From: Macrostomum lignano
Taxonomy: Eukaryota
Reading direction: 5' to 3'
Length of the DNA: 64,000 nucleotides
Assembly: GCA_002269645.1 (NCBI GenBank)
Contig: NIVC01002433.1
Coordinates: forward strand, 1-64,000
The notes under the pieces are model-generated. The model was given only the letters and a program-made list of their open reading frames with translations, ran no database searches and was not told where the DNA came from. The position numbers were made by a program, and so were the translations under genes. This document shows positions 21,751 through 35,514 of the stretch, one piece after another. Position 1 is the stretch's first letter, and every line of letters begins with the position of its first letter.

Positions 21751-22837
21751 GGGCAACTTTTGGGAACTTTTGGGACTCCCTATCCCCTAACGTGTAAAAT
21801 AGAAATGGTAACTTTTGGTAACTTTTCTGCAAAAAGTTACCATATTCCGGCCCTCTGATTGGCTATGTGTGTAAATGTTTCCTAAGGCGTACGCCTTCCA
21901 ATTGGCTGCGAGAACGGTAAATTTTTGGTAACTTTCATAGGCAAAAGTTCCCATAAATGTTTCCATAATTTTTCAACGGGTTCCCTCCCTCCTGACCCTT
22001 GTTTCCCTCCCTTCTGACCTGTGGCTTCCCTCCCTCCTGACCCATGGCTCCCTCTCTTCTGAACCCTGGATTCCCTCACTCCTGACCCTTGTTTCACTCT
22101 CTCCTGACCCATGGCTTCCTCTACTGACCCATGGCTTCCCTCACTCCTGACTAGTGGCTCTGCCTCCTTGCTCTTTCCCCCGTGCTCTGCCTCCTGGTTA
22201 TCTGCCCTCTGCTCTGTCCGCACGGCTTTTCTTCCTGCTCTGCCCTCCCTGCTGTCTGCTCTACCCTGCTTCTCCGCCCTCTGCTAAAGTAGTCTCGTAT
22301 TAGTACCAAGCAACACAGCTTATTGAAAGCACATTCTTCCTTCAGAAAAAGCTACCGGTGAAGCCCAGCTGCTGTCCCATTGGCACCTTTGCTTTGGTCT
22401 CCGCCTCGAACAACGCTGCTGCGGCCGGGACTGCCGCTGGTTCTGCTCGAACAGCCGCCTCGAACGCTACAGTCGGCGCAAAGCGTACTATAACCTTCAG
22501 CAATGCGGTGATCGTACCAAAGTTAGCTCAGAATGGAACGGTCGTTGAAAGGATTTTGTCTTGAGCTGTCAGCAAATGGAAATTCGTATCATTGACAGTT
22601 CATGTTAGCTTTATTTACAGTCAAGTTTTTAACTTTGCTTATCTGTACCTTTTACCCTTGCTCTACTTTTATCCATAACTTGTTAGTTTCTTGCTCATGT
22701 ACTCTATGCATGCACATATACATGCATTAGTACTTCCGATCACCGTTAGTGAGGTTTCACAAGTCACCAATAGCCATAACACAAAAGCCATGGATTGACA
22801 AGCCATATCTAACTTTTGCAGAGGCGAGGAGAGCGGT

Positions 22838-23025
22838 AAGGTGGCATGAGCTGAGAGAGGGAAGGTAGCATGAGCTGAGAGCGGGAAGGTGGCGGGAGCT
22901 GAGAGCGGGAAGGTGGCGGGAGCTGAGAGCGGAAAGGTGGCATGAGCTGAGAGCGGTAAAGTAGCATGAGCTGAGAGCGGGAAGGTGGCGGGAGCTGAGA
23001 GCGGGAAGGTGGCGGGAGCTGAGAG
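22838..23025. repeat. 24-bp tandem repeat, about 8 copies
   Basis: GAGCTGAGAGCGGGAAGGTGGCGG and variants. Confidence 0.9.
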
Positions 23026-23399
23026 CATATATGAGAATATATTAGGAAGATAGTAAAAATAGGCAATAAGTTTTATACTACCTTGGCAACTTCGACTATC
23101 ACAAAATAAAACAAAAAAGTTATTTTAATTGTTGATAAAGCTTATATGCAGCCTAGAGTTGCTTTGAAAATGTAGTTCTTAAAGTGCACTTTAATGTTAT
23201 AAAATTTCATTCGTATATATATTGCTAATCAATAGATAAAACACTGCAAAGTTGCCTTCGACCATCACACAAAAATTGAGCAAGTTGTCTCCCATTTGAT
23301 CTATGGTATAAAGTTTTTATTTTCAGTAATTTTATTAAACCAAGTAGGGGTTCCAAGTAGAATATAACAAATAATACATTTAATGTATGCCAGTAGATA

Positions 23400-24330
23400 A
23401 TGAATTCCAATAGTGCCCAGCCAAATGTTAGTGCCCAAGCTAAGTCCAATGCCCAACGTAGTAAGGAGTATCGGGCTAGAAATGCTGATAGGTTGAAAAC
23501 TAAGGAAAAAGAGCGCAGAAGACTTCGTCGTCTACTTAGCTCTGATGAGCAAAAGGCCAAGGCCAAGGCACAAACCCTAGTGCGATATCAAAAGAACTCT
23601 GCCATTGCCCTTGAAAAAGCTGCCAATGCGATCCAGAGTACATCATCTGCTTATGCCAACAGACAGGCCGAATCTCGCGCTTTTAACAGGTACAGTTTCA
23701 AGTTTGGTGTTCTCAGTAAAGCATACTGTAATGTGCTACATAACTTTCTTAAGTAACTTTGTGACAACTACCAATACCAACAGAGCTCGCGCTGCACTGC
23801 CTGAAACACCAAATCGTAGACAGGCTGTCTTGGCAAAGCTCTCCGCTGAGCATGGTGTTGTTGTAGCAAAGCCTGTGATCTTGAGGCCTCGTTTATCACA
23901 GGAAACTGTCGATGCTGTATTGGCTTTTTTCCTGCGAGAAGACGTTTCTCAGTGGTAAAACTGGTCGCTGGTCGCCGCGAATTCGTCAAGGTTCAAGGCG
24001 AGAAAGTGCAGAAGCGGTACCTACTTATGAGCTTAAAGGAAGCTCATGCACTTTTTCTGCGAGAGTTCGACTGCTTCAAGATATCTCGAGCTGCATTTTG
24101 TGAGCTCCGATCAGCGCATGTTGTGCCATTCGGAAATACTCCGCTGATTGCCTGCTGCTGCACTGAGCATGAGAACTTTCGAAGGTAATAATTTTAGCTA
24201 GTGTTAGTATTAACGTATTTACATTTTAGTAGGGAATAAAAATTAGCTCAACACTGACTTGAATGTTTTTTCGTTCACTAATGTTTTAGTATCTGCAATG
24301 CTTTGAGTGGCAAGTTGCCTGGGCTACCAC
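23400..24330 (+). pseudogene. N-terminal fragment of a spliced DNA transposase-like gene (superfamily not assigned)
   Basis: Basic helical N-terminus; VLAFFLREDVSQ, KVQKRYLLMSLKEAHALF, ISRAAFCELR, CCCTEHEN pattern recalled from invertebrate DNA transposases; GT-AG introns. No catalytic core seen downstream. Confidence 0.5.
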
Positions 24331-25601
24331 CATATTCATCAGATTGGTTGAATGAAGTGGTGCTTTTTTGTTGTGTTTATTTTGCTTTGACGGAACTGCA
24401 GTAACATAGTCTATACATGCACTCCGCTTCACAACTTATTGTTGAGCGCACTTGATTTTGTTTCTTTAGTTTTAGTACAAACATAAAAGCTTCTTTGATT
24501 TCTCTGATTTTGGTACTTGGCCTATTTTACAATTTTTGTTCTTTTTGAGTTAATTTAAGTGTTCTAGGGCCTAATATATACGAGCTTTATATTTCTGCTT
24601 CGGGCATCCATCCCCTATACTAAAAATCAGAAAGTATTAGTCAAGATATTATCGATACACTATGTCCAAAACTGCGTCTCAACGGCATGCAAAAATAAAG
24701 TTTGATGAATTGCTTCAAGAGGTAGCTTCAACATCTGATGTTGATGAAGAAGATGCACCTAATTATGCTGTCACTGGGCCTAGTGAACATGTTCATACTA
24801 TAACTACTTCTGCCATTGACAATGAATGCTGTGGAGCAATGGATGTTGATTCAATGTTTGCTACTGATCTATATGACTTTGAATCATCATCTGATGAATC
24901 ATCTGTTGATTCAGTTAGTGCAAGTGGAGCTTCTTTAATTGAACAGCTACGAGATTGGGACAAGGCTTACAACATTACACTAACAGCAATAACTGCTCTT
25001 TTAAAGATCCCTTGTCTGCTACTTTACTTTTCTTCCACGGTGCTATAACACTCTTGCAAACTCCTCGTAATATCAAGGTTGAACCAATGGGATCTGGTAG
25101 TTTTCTATATTTTGGACTTGATTGTATTAGTAAAACCCTTGAGTTGTCAACATCTAAGCTACAGCTTCAAATTAATATTGATGGTCTCCCAATTTCAAAA
25201 AGTACTCAAGATGCATTTTGGCCTATTCTTGGAGCATTAGATGGCTCTGAGCCATTCATTATTGCTATCTTTCATGGAGTTGGCAAACCACCAATTAAAA
25301 GTTTCCTAAAGCAACGTGTTTATGATTTGCTAATTATTGAGTCAAAAGTCAATATTATGTTCATTTGTGATGCACCAGCTCGTGCCTTTATTAAGTGTAT
25401 AAAAGGGCATAGTGGCTATGCTTCTTGTGAAAGGTGCATAGTTCATGGCTATTTTGAAAAACATGTTATTTTAGATGAGACCAATGCAGCATTGCGAACA
25501 GACCAATCCTTTCGAGCCCAAACTGATGAAGATCATCATACTGGTATTAGTCCACGAATTTTACTAAAAGTAAATATGATTTTGGCATTTCCATTAGACT
25601 A

Positions 25602-26936
25602 CTTCGCCTGTCCGGAAAGTCGTGAGAATGTGTCAGTCAAGCAAGAAAGCAGCAAGCTGATGACATGGCACACATAAAATTTCAATAATAGACATATATG
25701 TCTATGGTGAAAATTCTTGTTATTCTAGCAGCAAAATTGGGGGCAGGGGCGAGCTCAGCATAAAGTGCTCAATAACCAATGCAACGCGGTGATCAAGCTT
25801 GAAAAATTTAATAGCGAGTTCGTCAAAATGGAAGATTTCCAGGCTTATGCCTACGCTACGAGCGTAGATACCGTCTTGGAATCTCTGTTATTAGTTGTTA
25901 TGACGAACTAATTAAAGTTTATGGAGATGCCGCACCAGGTCAGTCAACGGTTTACAGATGGTACTCAAAGTTCCGTGATGAAGCATTTCCCCTGGCCTCA
26001 GCTCCTCGGACTGGCCGGCCACGGTCAACAAGGACAACGGAACTGATCGGATGATTCAAAAGTTAGTGTCCGAGACCTCGCTGACTTTTTGGAAGTTGAT
26101 AAAACAACAGTGCACGAAATTTTGACCGAGGATTTGCACCTTCGAAACGTTTCTGCCGTCTGGGTTCCTCATGCTCTATCCGAGGAGAACAAGACTGCTC
26201 GCATCAATTGTGCCAAGCAAATCCGCAGGCTTTTTTACAACGAGGGGGTGGAAAACTTTTGCGACAAGTACGTTGTGGAAGATGAGACGTGGGTGTACCT
26301 GAACAACACTGGCACAAAGCAAAACAACAGGTGCTGGCTTGGCCAAGGAGATCATCGGCCCCAGGTTGTCAGGCACTCGGTCGGGAATGCAAAGACAATG
26401 CTTCTGGTTGCTTTCACTCCAAGCAAGCGCTTCTCCATTAAATCCACAGCCCCGAAGCAAACTGTTGATGCAGATGGCATAGTTGAATTCATTCGGCACA
26501 CTGGAGACCTATGGCGTACTCTGAGGTCAAAGCCAATTCACCTGTCGGATGTTCTTTGGCAGTGGGACAATGCGCGACCTCACGTAGCCCGTTCTGTGCA
26601 GCAGTACATGGAGTCCCGTGGAGTTCAGCTGGTATTTCAGAGTCCTTACAGCCCAGACTTCAATCTGTGCTACCGTTTTTTGTTCAGTTGGATGAAGAAT
26701 GATTTCTCCAGGCGAGTGTTCAGCGACCACAATGAAGTTCGAGAAGCTGCGTTGCAGTGGGCAAGAGGCCTTGACGAAGATTGCTTAAAAAGAGAGGTTC
26801 AGCGACTCGTTGACCATTGCCAAGCTGTAATCAATGCAACGGGAGATTACAATACCAACTAGTGCTGTTATCGTGTTTTTTGATAGTTCTGACTGATTTT
26901 TTAAATACATTCTCGCGACTTTCTGGACAGCCGAAG
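25602..26936 (+). mobile_element. Mariner element, 1335 bp, 29-bp TIRs, TA target duplication
   Basis: Left TIR CTTCGCCTGTCCGGAAAGTCGTGAGAATG; right TIR matches at 26/29; TA at 25600-25601 and 26937-26938. Removing the element restores GAC TAT ATG CAT (DYMH). Confidence 0.95.
26089..26862 (+). pseudogene. Mariner transposase C-terminal part (DD34D, third Asp replaced by Tyr)
   Basis: WVPHAL, VEDETW, WDNARPH, SPYSPDFNLCY. The N-terminal helix-turn-helix part (25830-26088) is frameshifted. Confidence 0.92.
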
Positions 26937-28020
26937 TATATGCATTTAGTATGTCTTGGAGTTGTGAAGCGGCTTTTGATGCTATGGACTTGTGGACCTC
27001 AGTATAGACTTCAGTCCAGGGTCATTACTCATATTAGTGATAATCTTCAAGTCATGTCTTCCTTTTTCCCATCTGAATTTTTAAGGAATCCAAGAGGACT
27101 AAATGATCTAACGTTTTGGGAAGCAAATGAATTCCGTACCTTTTTGCTCTATTCTGGATTAGTAGCATTAAAGTCAGCTATTCCAACTAAGTTGTACAAA
27201 AACTTTCTGCTTCTAAGCACTGCAATTACAATTTTATGTAACCCTATTTTGAGTATTGAAATCTATGCATACGCTAATACACTGCTTCAAACTTTTGTGT
27301 CAACAAGTATTAATATTTATGGTATACAGTTCCTAACCTATAATGTGCATAATCTTATTTACATTGCTGATGATGTCAAAAGCAATGGCAGTTTAGATAG
27401 TTTCTCAGCATTCAAGTTTGAAAATTTCATGCAAAAAAATTAAAAGAATGCTTCGTTCCAGTTATCTTCCACTTATCTTTAACACAAATTGGTGGCAGGT
27501 TGCAAGAATTTAATATGATAAAATCAACTAAAGATAAAATCACAACTTCAAACCTAAAATATATTAAGCAACATTCTAATGGACCTATCCCAAACAATGT
27601 TTCTTTCAACTTTGTGTCTCAACAATACCATGCTGTGTGCACAAATCAGCATCGACTTTCTGCTTCTCAAAGAGATTGTAATATTGAAGATAAGAATGGA
27701 ATCCTTTATAAAATACATAATATTTTATGTATTAACCAGCAGGCAATGCTTATTTGTCAGCAATTTAAATCAAAAGAATCTTTCTTTAATTATCCTATGG
27801 AATCTAGCAAACTATCTATTCATCTTGTGTCTAACCTAGATAATACACTTACATGTATCCCACTTAATAATGTTATTAGGAAGTACTGTGGAATTCCAGT
27901 AGATAGAAAGGTTTTGTTTATTCCAATGTTTTTATAAGTGAAATATATCTGTTATGAAGATTCTATAATGCTCAATAACAATTTATTATATGCAAAATAA
28001 TTTATATTCTTAAACAATCT

Positions 28021-30485
28021 ATAGGATACATTCAGCATTGTCCTTTTTGACCATGATTTAGTTGAGTATGTCAGTGGCAACTGGCTAATTGGTCGAACTC
28101 AGTGTCTTTGGCCAAAATGTGACTCAACTGAATTAAGATCTTTACGGAGTAGGCATGCAAAGCCAGAAGAAGGTTGGGAGTTGCATCCTTGCAAAATTTT
28201 GTCTACAACATCCTGTGAAATAATTGCACGACATCGGCTGAGAAAGGCAACAATGGGAAATGATGACTTGTCCACAGATACAGAACAGAGAAGGGTATCT
28301 GTGCCACCACAAAAATTTGCCAACGAGAGTTTCACTAGCAGGCAGGGTCCTAGCAAAAAGTCACATGTACCAGCTGAAAATTCTGACTCTGATAGTGACA
28401 ATGAAGCTGATAACATGGTCAATGATTTTATCCCACCATTTCCTGAACTGACAGGTATGTAAAAAATTGGTATCAATTGCCATATATTTATTACATCTTG
28501 TAATTCAAAAGTTGTTTCCACTTTTTCATCAAGGCTGCTCAACAATTTTCAATCCTGAGTTTGCTGGTGTCAATCAGCCAGAGATTTCTGCTAACTCAAA
28601 TCTGGTGTTGCACACACAGTCTGGACTTGCTTGTAAGTGCTTAATGTTGCTATTGGCATTGGTGTTTTTGCATAGTTTTATTTTAAACAAATTCAAATGC
28701 TTTCAGCAGCCTCCATTTCACATGAACAACCTGCTGGTATTGACGCAGGTGCTGTTGGCTATGGTTTACAGTCCGAGTTAAACTCAGACTTTCTGGCTGC
28801 TGAGCAGAATTGTGCCTATGGACAGGAAGGTATGTATCTAGTAGAATATTCTTATAGGTTTTTAATACACCTTTTTTGGCCATACAGTAGCGTGGTAAAG
28901 AAACGAAAAACTATTTCAGTTAATTATACCAGCAAGTAGTTTGTATTTTGTATAGATATGATTGATTGTTGTATGCAATTAAACTACCCCCCCCTCCACC
29001 CTTTTAACATAGATCCAGGCGGATTAGTAGCTAAGCTTTATGCAGATGATGGCAGTCACAGGCAAAGTGCCAGCTCAATTGTGACAGCTCAACACACATG
29101 TAAGTATATATTTGATACAATTTCCTGTGATTTTTTCAATCTGGTTTATGCTCAATTATTTTTTGTTTAACAGCCGGCATTGCATTAACACCAAATGGTT
29201 TCCGAACAGCTGCATGTCGACGATCAAAACATTGCCGCCAGAGAACAAAATGATTTGTTTGGGGACTTTGGTCGAAACTCCAGCTTACAGAGTCAGCCAA
29301 CAAGTAAGCATTTGTTAGTGGAAAGTTTTATCGCTGATGCGAGGCAAAAATTAAAATTATATGTTTTGCAGGAGTTGAGCGGATCATACTGCGAGAGCTG
29401 GCGGCCATACGGCAGCAAAACTGTGAAATTGCTCGGAGTCTAGCCTACTTGACCAGCCGTCGGGGTGTTGCCATTGCCATGCCTATCTCATTGCCGTGTC
29501 GCTCTGAAGTAGACTTTTAGAGACTCTCTGAATTCGTTACTACTGAAGCAAACGCTGAAAATCTGGTAAGAGCATTTGGCTATTCGCTGGGTTAGATTGT
29601 ATAATACTCCGAGTCGTGTCTTGTTTTTAATTGTAAATTTTGGATTGAGTGAATTAGTGAGGCACTATAATGTATTCTAGATTGTCGCAATTTCCAGTAT
29701 GTACTATAATCATCTTGATAATTTTGCAACTGTACTCTTTCTTTTATTTAACTTACGTATTTCATTGTTATGTACCTGTTAATCTGTACATAGTGATTTT
29801 TTATGTTCATTTCTAGCAAAGGCAGCTATCATGTGCTGGTGGCAATGATCTGCGGGATGTTGTACGGCGAATACTTCGCAATCTACTGACACCTGGAGTG
29901 GCCGCACTCTTTAATTTCCGTGGAAGAGGAGCAAAGATGGCATTCAAAGGTACTCCACTGTGGCCAGTTGTGCGAGGTGCAGCAATGCTGTCAATACGAA
30001 CAACCGAAAAGGATGTTGAGGATGCTACCAAAGATTGCCTAAAGCATGCCAAAGACCCTGAGCGCATTAGGGTAGCAACCTCTTCGCTTCGAACGGCGGG
30101 GCAGCGGATGTCCTCTGGCTCTGGTGGAGCGGCTGCAGCACCTCTGGCGTCGAGGCAACTGGTATCGCCTGGCTCTGGTGGAGCGGCTGCAGCACCTCCG
30201 GCGTCGAGGCAACTGGTGTCGCCTGGCTCTGGTGGAGCGGCTGCAGCAACTCCGGCGTCGAGGCAACTGGTGTCGCCTGGCTCTGGTGGAGCGGCTGCAG
30301 CACCTCCGGTGTCGAGGCAACTGGTGTCGCCTGGCTCTGGTGGAGCGGCTGCAGCAACTCCGGCGTCGAGGCAACTGGTGTCGCCTGGCTCTGGTGGAGC
30401 GGCTGCAGCACCTCCGGTGTCGAGGCAACTGGTGTCGCCTGGCTCTGGTGGGGTGGCATCGCTTCGGCCAGCGAGGAATTTGTAA
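28021..30485 (+). CDS. Multi-exon accessory gene of the EnSpm-like element (DUF4806-like C-terminal domain)
   Basis: KPEEGWELHPCKIL..IARHRLRKAT N-terminus and GGNDLRDVVRRILRNLL...FNFRGRGAKMAFKGTPLWPVVRGA...ATKDCLKHAKD; several GT-AG introns. Exon borders are not fully resolved. Confidence 0.65.
30112..30460 (+). repeat. 54-bp coding tandem repeat, about 6.5 copies
   Basis: Encodes SPGSGGAAAAPPASRQLV units. Confidence 0.92.
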
Positions 30486-31570
30486 CAGTAGTATACGCTG
30501 TATACATTTTTGACATTATGTCTGACGCAGACCCCCTTTTAGGACTCTTGGGTCTCGCATGTTTTTTGTTTAAATTGTTATTTGCACTCAGTACTTTGTT
30601 TATTAAGTATAATAATAGTCGAAACTGCAATTATTTTTTCTTTGGCCAGTACTAAATGTGTACCAGTGTTGCCACTGCTTCTACTTTTTATCGCTAGCGA
30701 ATTTTATTGAAAAATTTTGCAATATTGAGCATTACCTGCGATTTTTTGGCAACCCAGTTCAGGACACTGACAGTGTTCAAACTCCTGCTGAAGCAACCCT
30801 TGCAAGTTGCAGTCCACTCTCAATACGGTATGGTATAACGGTATGGTCGCTAATGGGTTGCCAAATGACACTCTGGCAACGGTCGCCAAAATACGTATTG
30901 GCAACATCGTCTGGCGCGACAAAGTATACTAAGTAGCAACCCTTTATTTGCTACGTGTACGCGACATTGACCCACACTCAGGAAGGTTACATGTACGCCG
31001 TAATTTTCCGGCGTACCATTTAAGAGTTTTGCTGTTTTGGCGTACCACTTTGGCGTACCACTTAGAGCTCAAGATATTTTTTGGCGTACCACTTTGAGCT
31101 TGAGAAACTTTTTTAGCGCACCAACTGCAATAATTTTTCTTTTACAAAACTATATGTACGTGATGTGCGTTTTAAAGACAGCAAAAGTTTCAAAAAATTC
31201 CATATTTATTTATAATACCAATAATACTTTTCCAAATATAAACTTCAAAAAACTCTTTTATTGTTTAAAAATTTATTAGTAATAATATTTTGCTTTTTTC
31301 AAAATGTTATAGAAAAGTTTTTGTTTAAAAACATTTATTAAAAAATTTAAAGTGTTTCTTCGATTTCTTCGATTGCATTTTTCTCTCTACCATATGGCGT
31401 ACATGTAAACTAAAAGCCTTTTTCTCATTCTTGTTTTCTTTTACTCTTAATTGCTTGACTGTTTGTTATTTATTAAGTATTTGCTTATTGTTGTTTCTAT
31501 AGTGTAAAATAGCTATTGTTCTATTTCAAATTCACTGACTATTTATTTTCCTAGTTGATTTTTTACCAAA

Positions 31571-33290
31571 ATGTCCGACTCCATCTCTGATTTACCCGAC
31601 TGTAACTTAGATAACGATAACTTGGAGATTCAGGATGAGGTTGAGCAAGAGTGCCAAGAGCAACTTGAACAATTAGAGTGCCACAGATTCTGCCTCAGAT
31701 TCAGATTCTGAGCCACTACCTCTGCTGCTGCTGGAGATAAAGATGCAGCTATGTGGGCTACGCCTGCTTCTGGTTCTGGTTCTTCTAAAAATGCTCGTAA
31801 GTTAGTTCAAATAAACTGTAGTCTTTAATTAATTGTTATCTTTTCTTGCTTAAGTAAGTTAGCATATGCAGACTCAGTGACTGTGGTGTCTATGGACCAT
31901 GCAATATTTTTGGCTTTATACACTAGGTCTAGTCACTGTATAGTTTTTGGCGTTTTGTAAAATATCTGCAAAATGTACATTATATTATGTTTTGCAGTTT
32001 CTTTCATTTAATTTAAAGCATTTAGCCATTTACTAATGTTCAATGTTGTAGTTGTACCAATAACCAGTTTAATAGTTGTAATTGTAGTTATATCAAACCA
32101 AATCAATGCTATACAGTAATACAGTACAGTACATTACAATCATATATTATACAAAACACATGGTACATCTTCATAGTTTATTCTTGTATCAATTATTAAA
32201 AATTTACAAATGTACATTTGTTTATAGTTAATTTTTCATAATAATATAACTCATAATTTATACATATAATGTGTATAATGTATAATATAGGATAGCATTG
32301 TTTTAATTTATAAAGTTTATATGTATAGATAGAAGATAGCCACAAACAGTACCAATACCAATAAATGCTAATATAATACTACCCTTTTTCTTTTTAGGTA
32401 TAAGAAATGCATTTGATTTATTAATGCCACCACAAACAAGCCAGAAGAGGCCTAGCGCTAGCCAAGATGTATCTACCACTTTAAAAACAGGGCTAGATGG
32501 TGAGCCTGAACTTAAAAGACGAAAAAAAGACTTTACCAAGAGAATAAGGGCACCTGGTTTTGCTAAGGATACACACTACTGTGTGCATTGCTTGAAATCT
32601 AGCCAGCCTCTTCAGTTTTGCAAAATATATAATGCTGCTGATAGGGCTTGTAACCGCCACAAAGCCAGGTAATTTGTCTATTGAATATTTATATATATTC
32701 ATCATTAACAATATATTTATAGTTATTTTTCATTAGAAACTTAGAAAACAATAAACATATTGGACAGCATTTGAAATAACCCCAAATACTACCTTAATCC
32801 AGGCACCATAAAAACCAAACTGGCTATGTAGAGCAATTTCTAAGGCCTGATTGCCTTGTTGTGCAGCAGCTTTTGGCTTCTCGGAGTCAGAGTCAGCAGT
32901 CTCAGCAGCCACCCTTGGCAGAGGCCACAGAGCCAGAGGCAGAGGCTTCAGTGCTCACCATTGAAACAGCTGAACCTTCTGCTGCTGCTGTTAACAGCAA
33001 TGTCAACATATCAGCTGCTTGTGCAGATGCTGCAACAACTGTTGCTAAAAAACTGGGCAATTAGAAGACTGTCAGCATCTGCTCTCTATCGGGCCATTCA
33101 CCCAGTCTCAATTTCAACTGAGCTTTAATGCTCCGCAATCATCGCCTGCTCCTGTAGAACAAGCCATGGCTGCAGGTACAGGCATGTTGGGTATGCTTCA
33201 GCAAATAGCATCTCAACAGGAGAGACTGGTGAAGATGTTCGAAGCTACTCTTCAGCAAGAAAAGATCAGTGTTTCTGCAGCTGTTGGTAT
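31571..33290 (+). pseudogene. Spliced gene fragment with a possible BED-type zinc finger (transposon-like), cut off by Gypsy 2
   Basis: Acidic first exon; YCVHCLK...ACNRHKAR|HH (CxxC...HxxxH); GGCGTACC repeats upstream at 31000-31090. Confidence 0.35.
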
Positions 33291-33376
33291 GTATTTTTCT
33301 GTTTATATTTAGAAGTGTTTAGGGAGCTTATGGGCTTGTAGCCTACAGGAAGATTTTATCTTCTTCTTAATGCTTA

Positions 33377-35052
33377 ATGCTTCTTAGAGCTTCTGACCTA
33401 GTGGCAAAAAAGACTAAATTAAAGTGGACAGAGGAAGCAAACCACACCTTCGATGCTATGAAAAAATGGATAGCAGAGGATCTCAGACTAGCACACCCGG
33501 ATTTTAACAACCAGTTTATAGTCTCAAGTGACGCCTCAACTAAGGGAATAGGAGCGATGCTTTCGCAGAAAGATGAGATGGGAAGGGAGAGACCGATAGC
33601 GTTTACGAGTAGACAGCTTAGAGATGCAGAAACGAGATACGGAATTACTCACCTGGAACTCTTAGCAGTTTACCATGCGTTCAGAACTTTTGAACAGTTC
33701 TTATACGCTGCTCCCATACCCACACTACTAAGAGTAGACCACGCCCCACTCAGAGGTTTACTTACAGGTAGAATACTGCAAAACAACCAAATCTTGAGAT
33801 GGTTACTGTACTTACAGCAGTTCCAGATACAAATCGAATATGTACCTGGAGCTTCAGTCACACATGCAGTACCAGATGCACTCTCAAGATTATACGACGA
33901 GAAACCAACTGATCAAATCAATTACGTAACAATATCTTATCCGATTCCACACCTGCAAGCACTCAAGGACGCCCAGGCAGAAGATTCATTCTGTCAGCAA
34001 ATCCGAGCACTTTGGAACGGTGAACCAGCAGTGGAATCACTGGCCCCGAAGTATAGGCGTCACATCGAGCGACACCTGGCAGACTATGCGGAGATTGCAG
34101 GAGTCCTGCACAGAACTGCAGATCAGACACAGCAGATCATCCTACCGTTCAAGTATCGTGAGACAATCTGTCACTCACTACACGCATTGCCATTAGCGGC
34201 ACATTTGGGATTTGAGAAAACCTTAGAGAGAATCCGTAGACACTACTTCTGGATCACCATGGTATCAGACATCAAGGGATTCTGCAACAGTTGCATAGAG
34301 TGCGCCAGGAATAAATCAGGAAAAATCCATAAGGGATTAATTCAGTTTTCGGAGATCCCAATGAAGCCAATGGACAAATTGTCGGTTGACATAGTGGGTC
34401 CTATGGTTCCCACCAAAGTGAGAAATGAGACTGTGACGCACATTCTCACGATTCTCTGCTGCTTCTCAAAATTCGCATTCGCGATCCCGATCCCAGACCT
34501 CACAGCCGAAACGACTGCTGAGACATTGTTTACAGTGTTTTGTACTTTTGGGATCCCAGTAGAGATGTCCACTGACAATGGGAAGAACTTCACTGCGACA
34601 TTGTTAGCTGAAGCTCTAGAGATCCTGGGGATTAAACATATTCTAACATCCCCATACAACCCTCGAGCGAATCATGTGGAACGCCTACACGCCACACTCC
34701 ATAATATGCTACGTCACTACACAGCGGAGAACCCAGATCAGTGGCATAAATACCTGCAGGCCACGATGTTCGCCTACAACACGGCAAAGCAAGCATCATC
34801 GACCTACTCCCCATTCGAGTTAGTCTTTGCGAGTCCTTTCAGGTGCACACTGACAGGCTGAAGCCAATGGCCACGCCAACACCACACGTGATGCTTCCTG
34901 ACCTCAGACCGAGCGACCCGCAGCGCCACCAGCGACAGCCAAGGCAGCGATTCACCAAGGAAGTGAGCGTGCAGGCGGAGGAGCTGGACGCGCAGGCCGA
35001 CACAGCCCGCAAGAAGTACAATCTGAGGAGCCAAGTGAAACTTCCTTGACAA
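33377..35052 (+). pseudogene. Gypsy 2 pol, 5'-truncated: RNase H and integrase
   Basis: SSDASTKGIGAMLSQ, ELLAV, VDH, PDALSR; HALPLAAH...CIEC; VDIVGP, TDNG, VERLH; frameshift at ~34840. Confidence 0.93.
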
Positions 35053-35514
35053 TTGATGGCAAGGAAGAGAGGAAGTAGACGGACAATTTTACATTTTTTA
35101 TACCAATATTTATTACGCTGTCGGTGTGCGCTCTGATAATTAGAATAGAATAGTTCACACTACTCATACGTAGCCTCTATAAACATATTTAATCACTCAC
35201 AAATAGTTAACCCACCCTTCGGACAATCAGATGTACTCGACGGAGCTAGACACAGTGGATGACCGTACCATTGACGAGCCGATTAACGCCTATACCCTAG
35301 TCAAGCCACTGTTTGCATCGGCAGAACCAAGCAGGGCAGCCGGAAGGAGACGAACCTCAGGAACAGCGCTGCTACTGAACAGCAACGGCGACATCTCCAA
35401 GCCCAATGTGAGATCAGAAGATCGAGAAACGGACTGCCGCAATGCCCAGCAACACTGAGGGAGAGCTACAAACGGGGAGAAAAAGACCTTCCATTCAATG
35501 AGTTCTACAACCTT

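Larger units (their letters stand above)
24662..27937 (+). pseudogene. EnSpm/CACTA-like (CMC group) transposase, split by a mariner insertion
   Basis: INIDGLPISKS...FWPILG, FICDAPARAFIKCIKGHSGYASCERC, FPLD|YMHLVCLGVVKRLL, PSEF.RNPRGL, WEANEFRTFLLYSG, YNVHNLIYI, SAFKFENFM. Confidence 0.88.
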
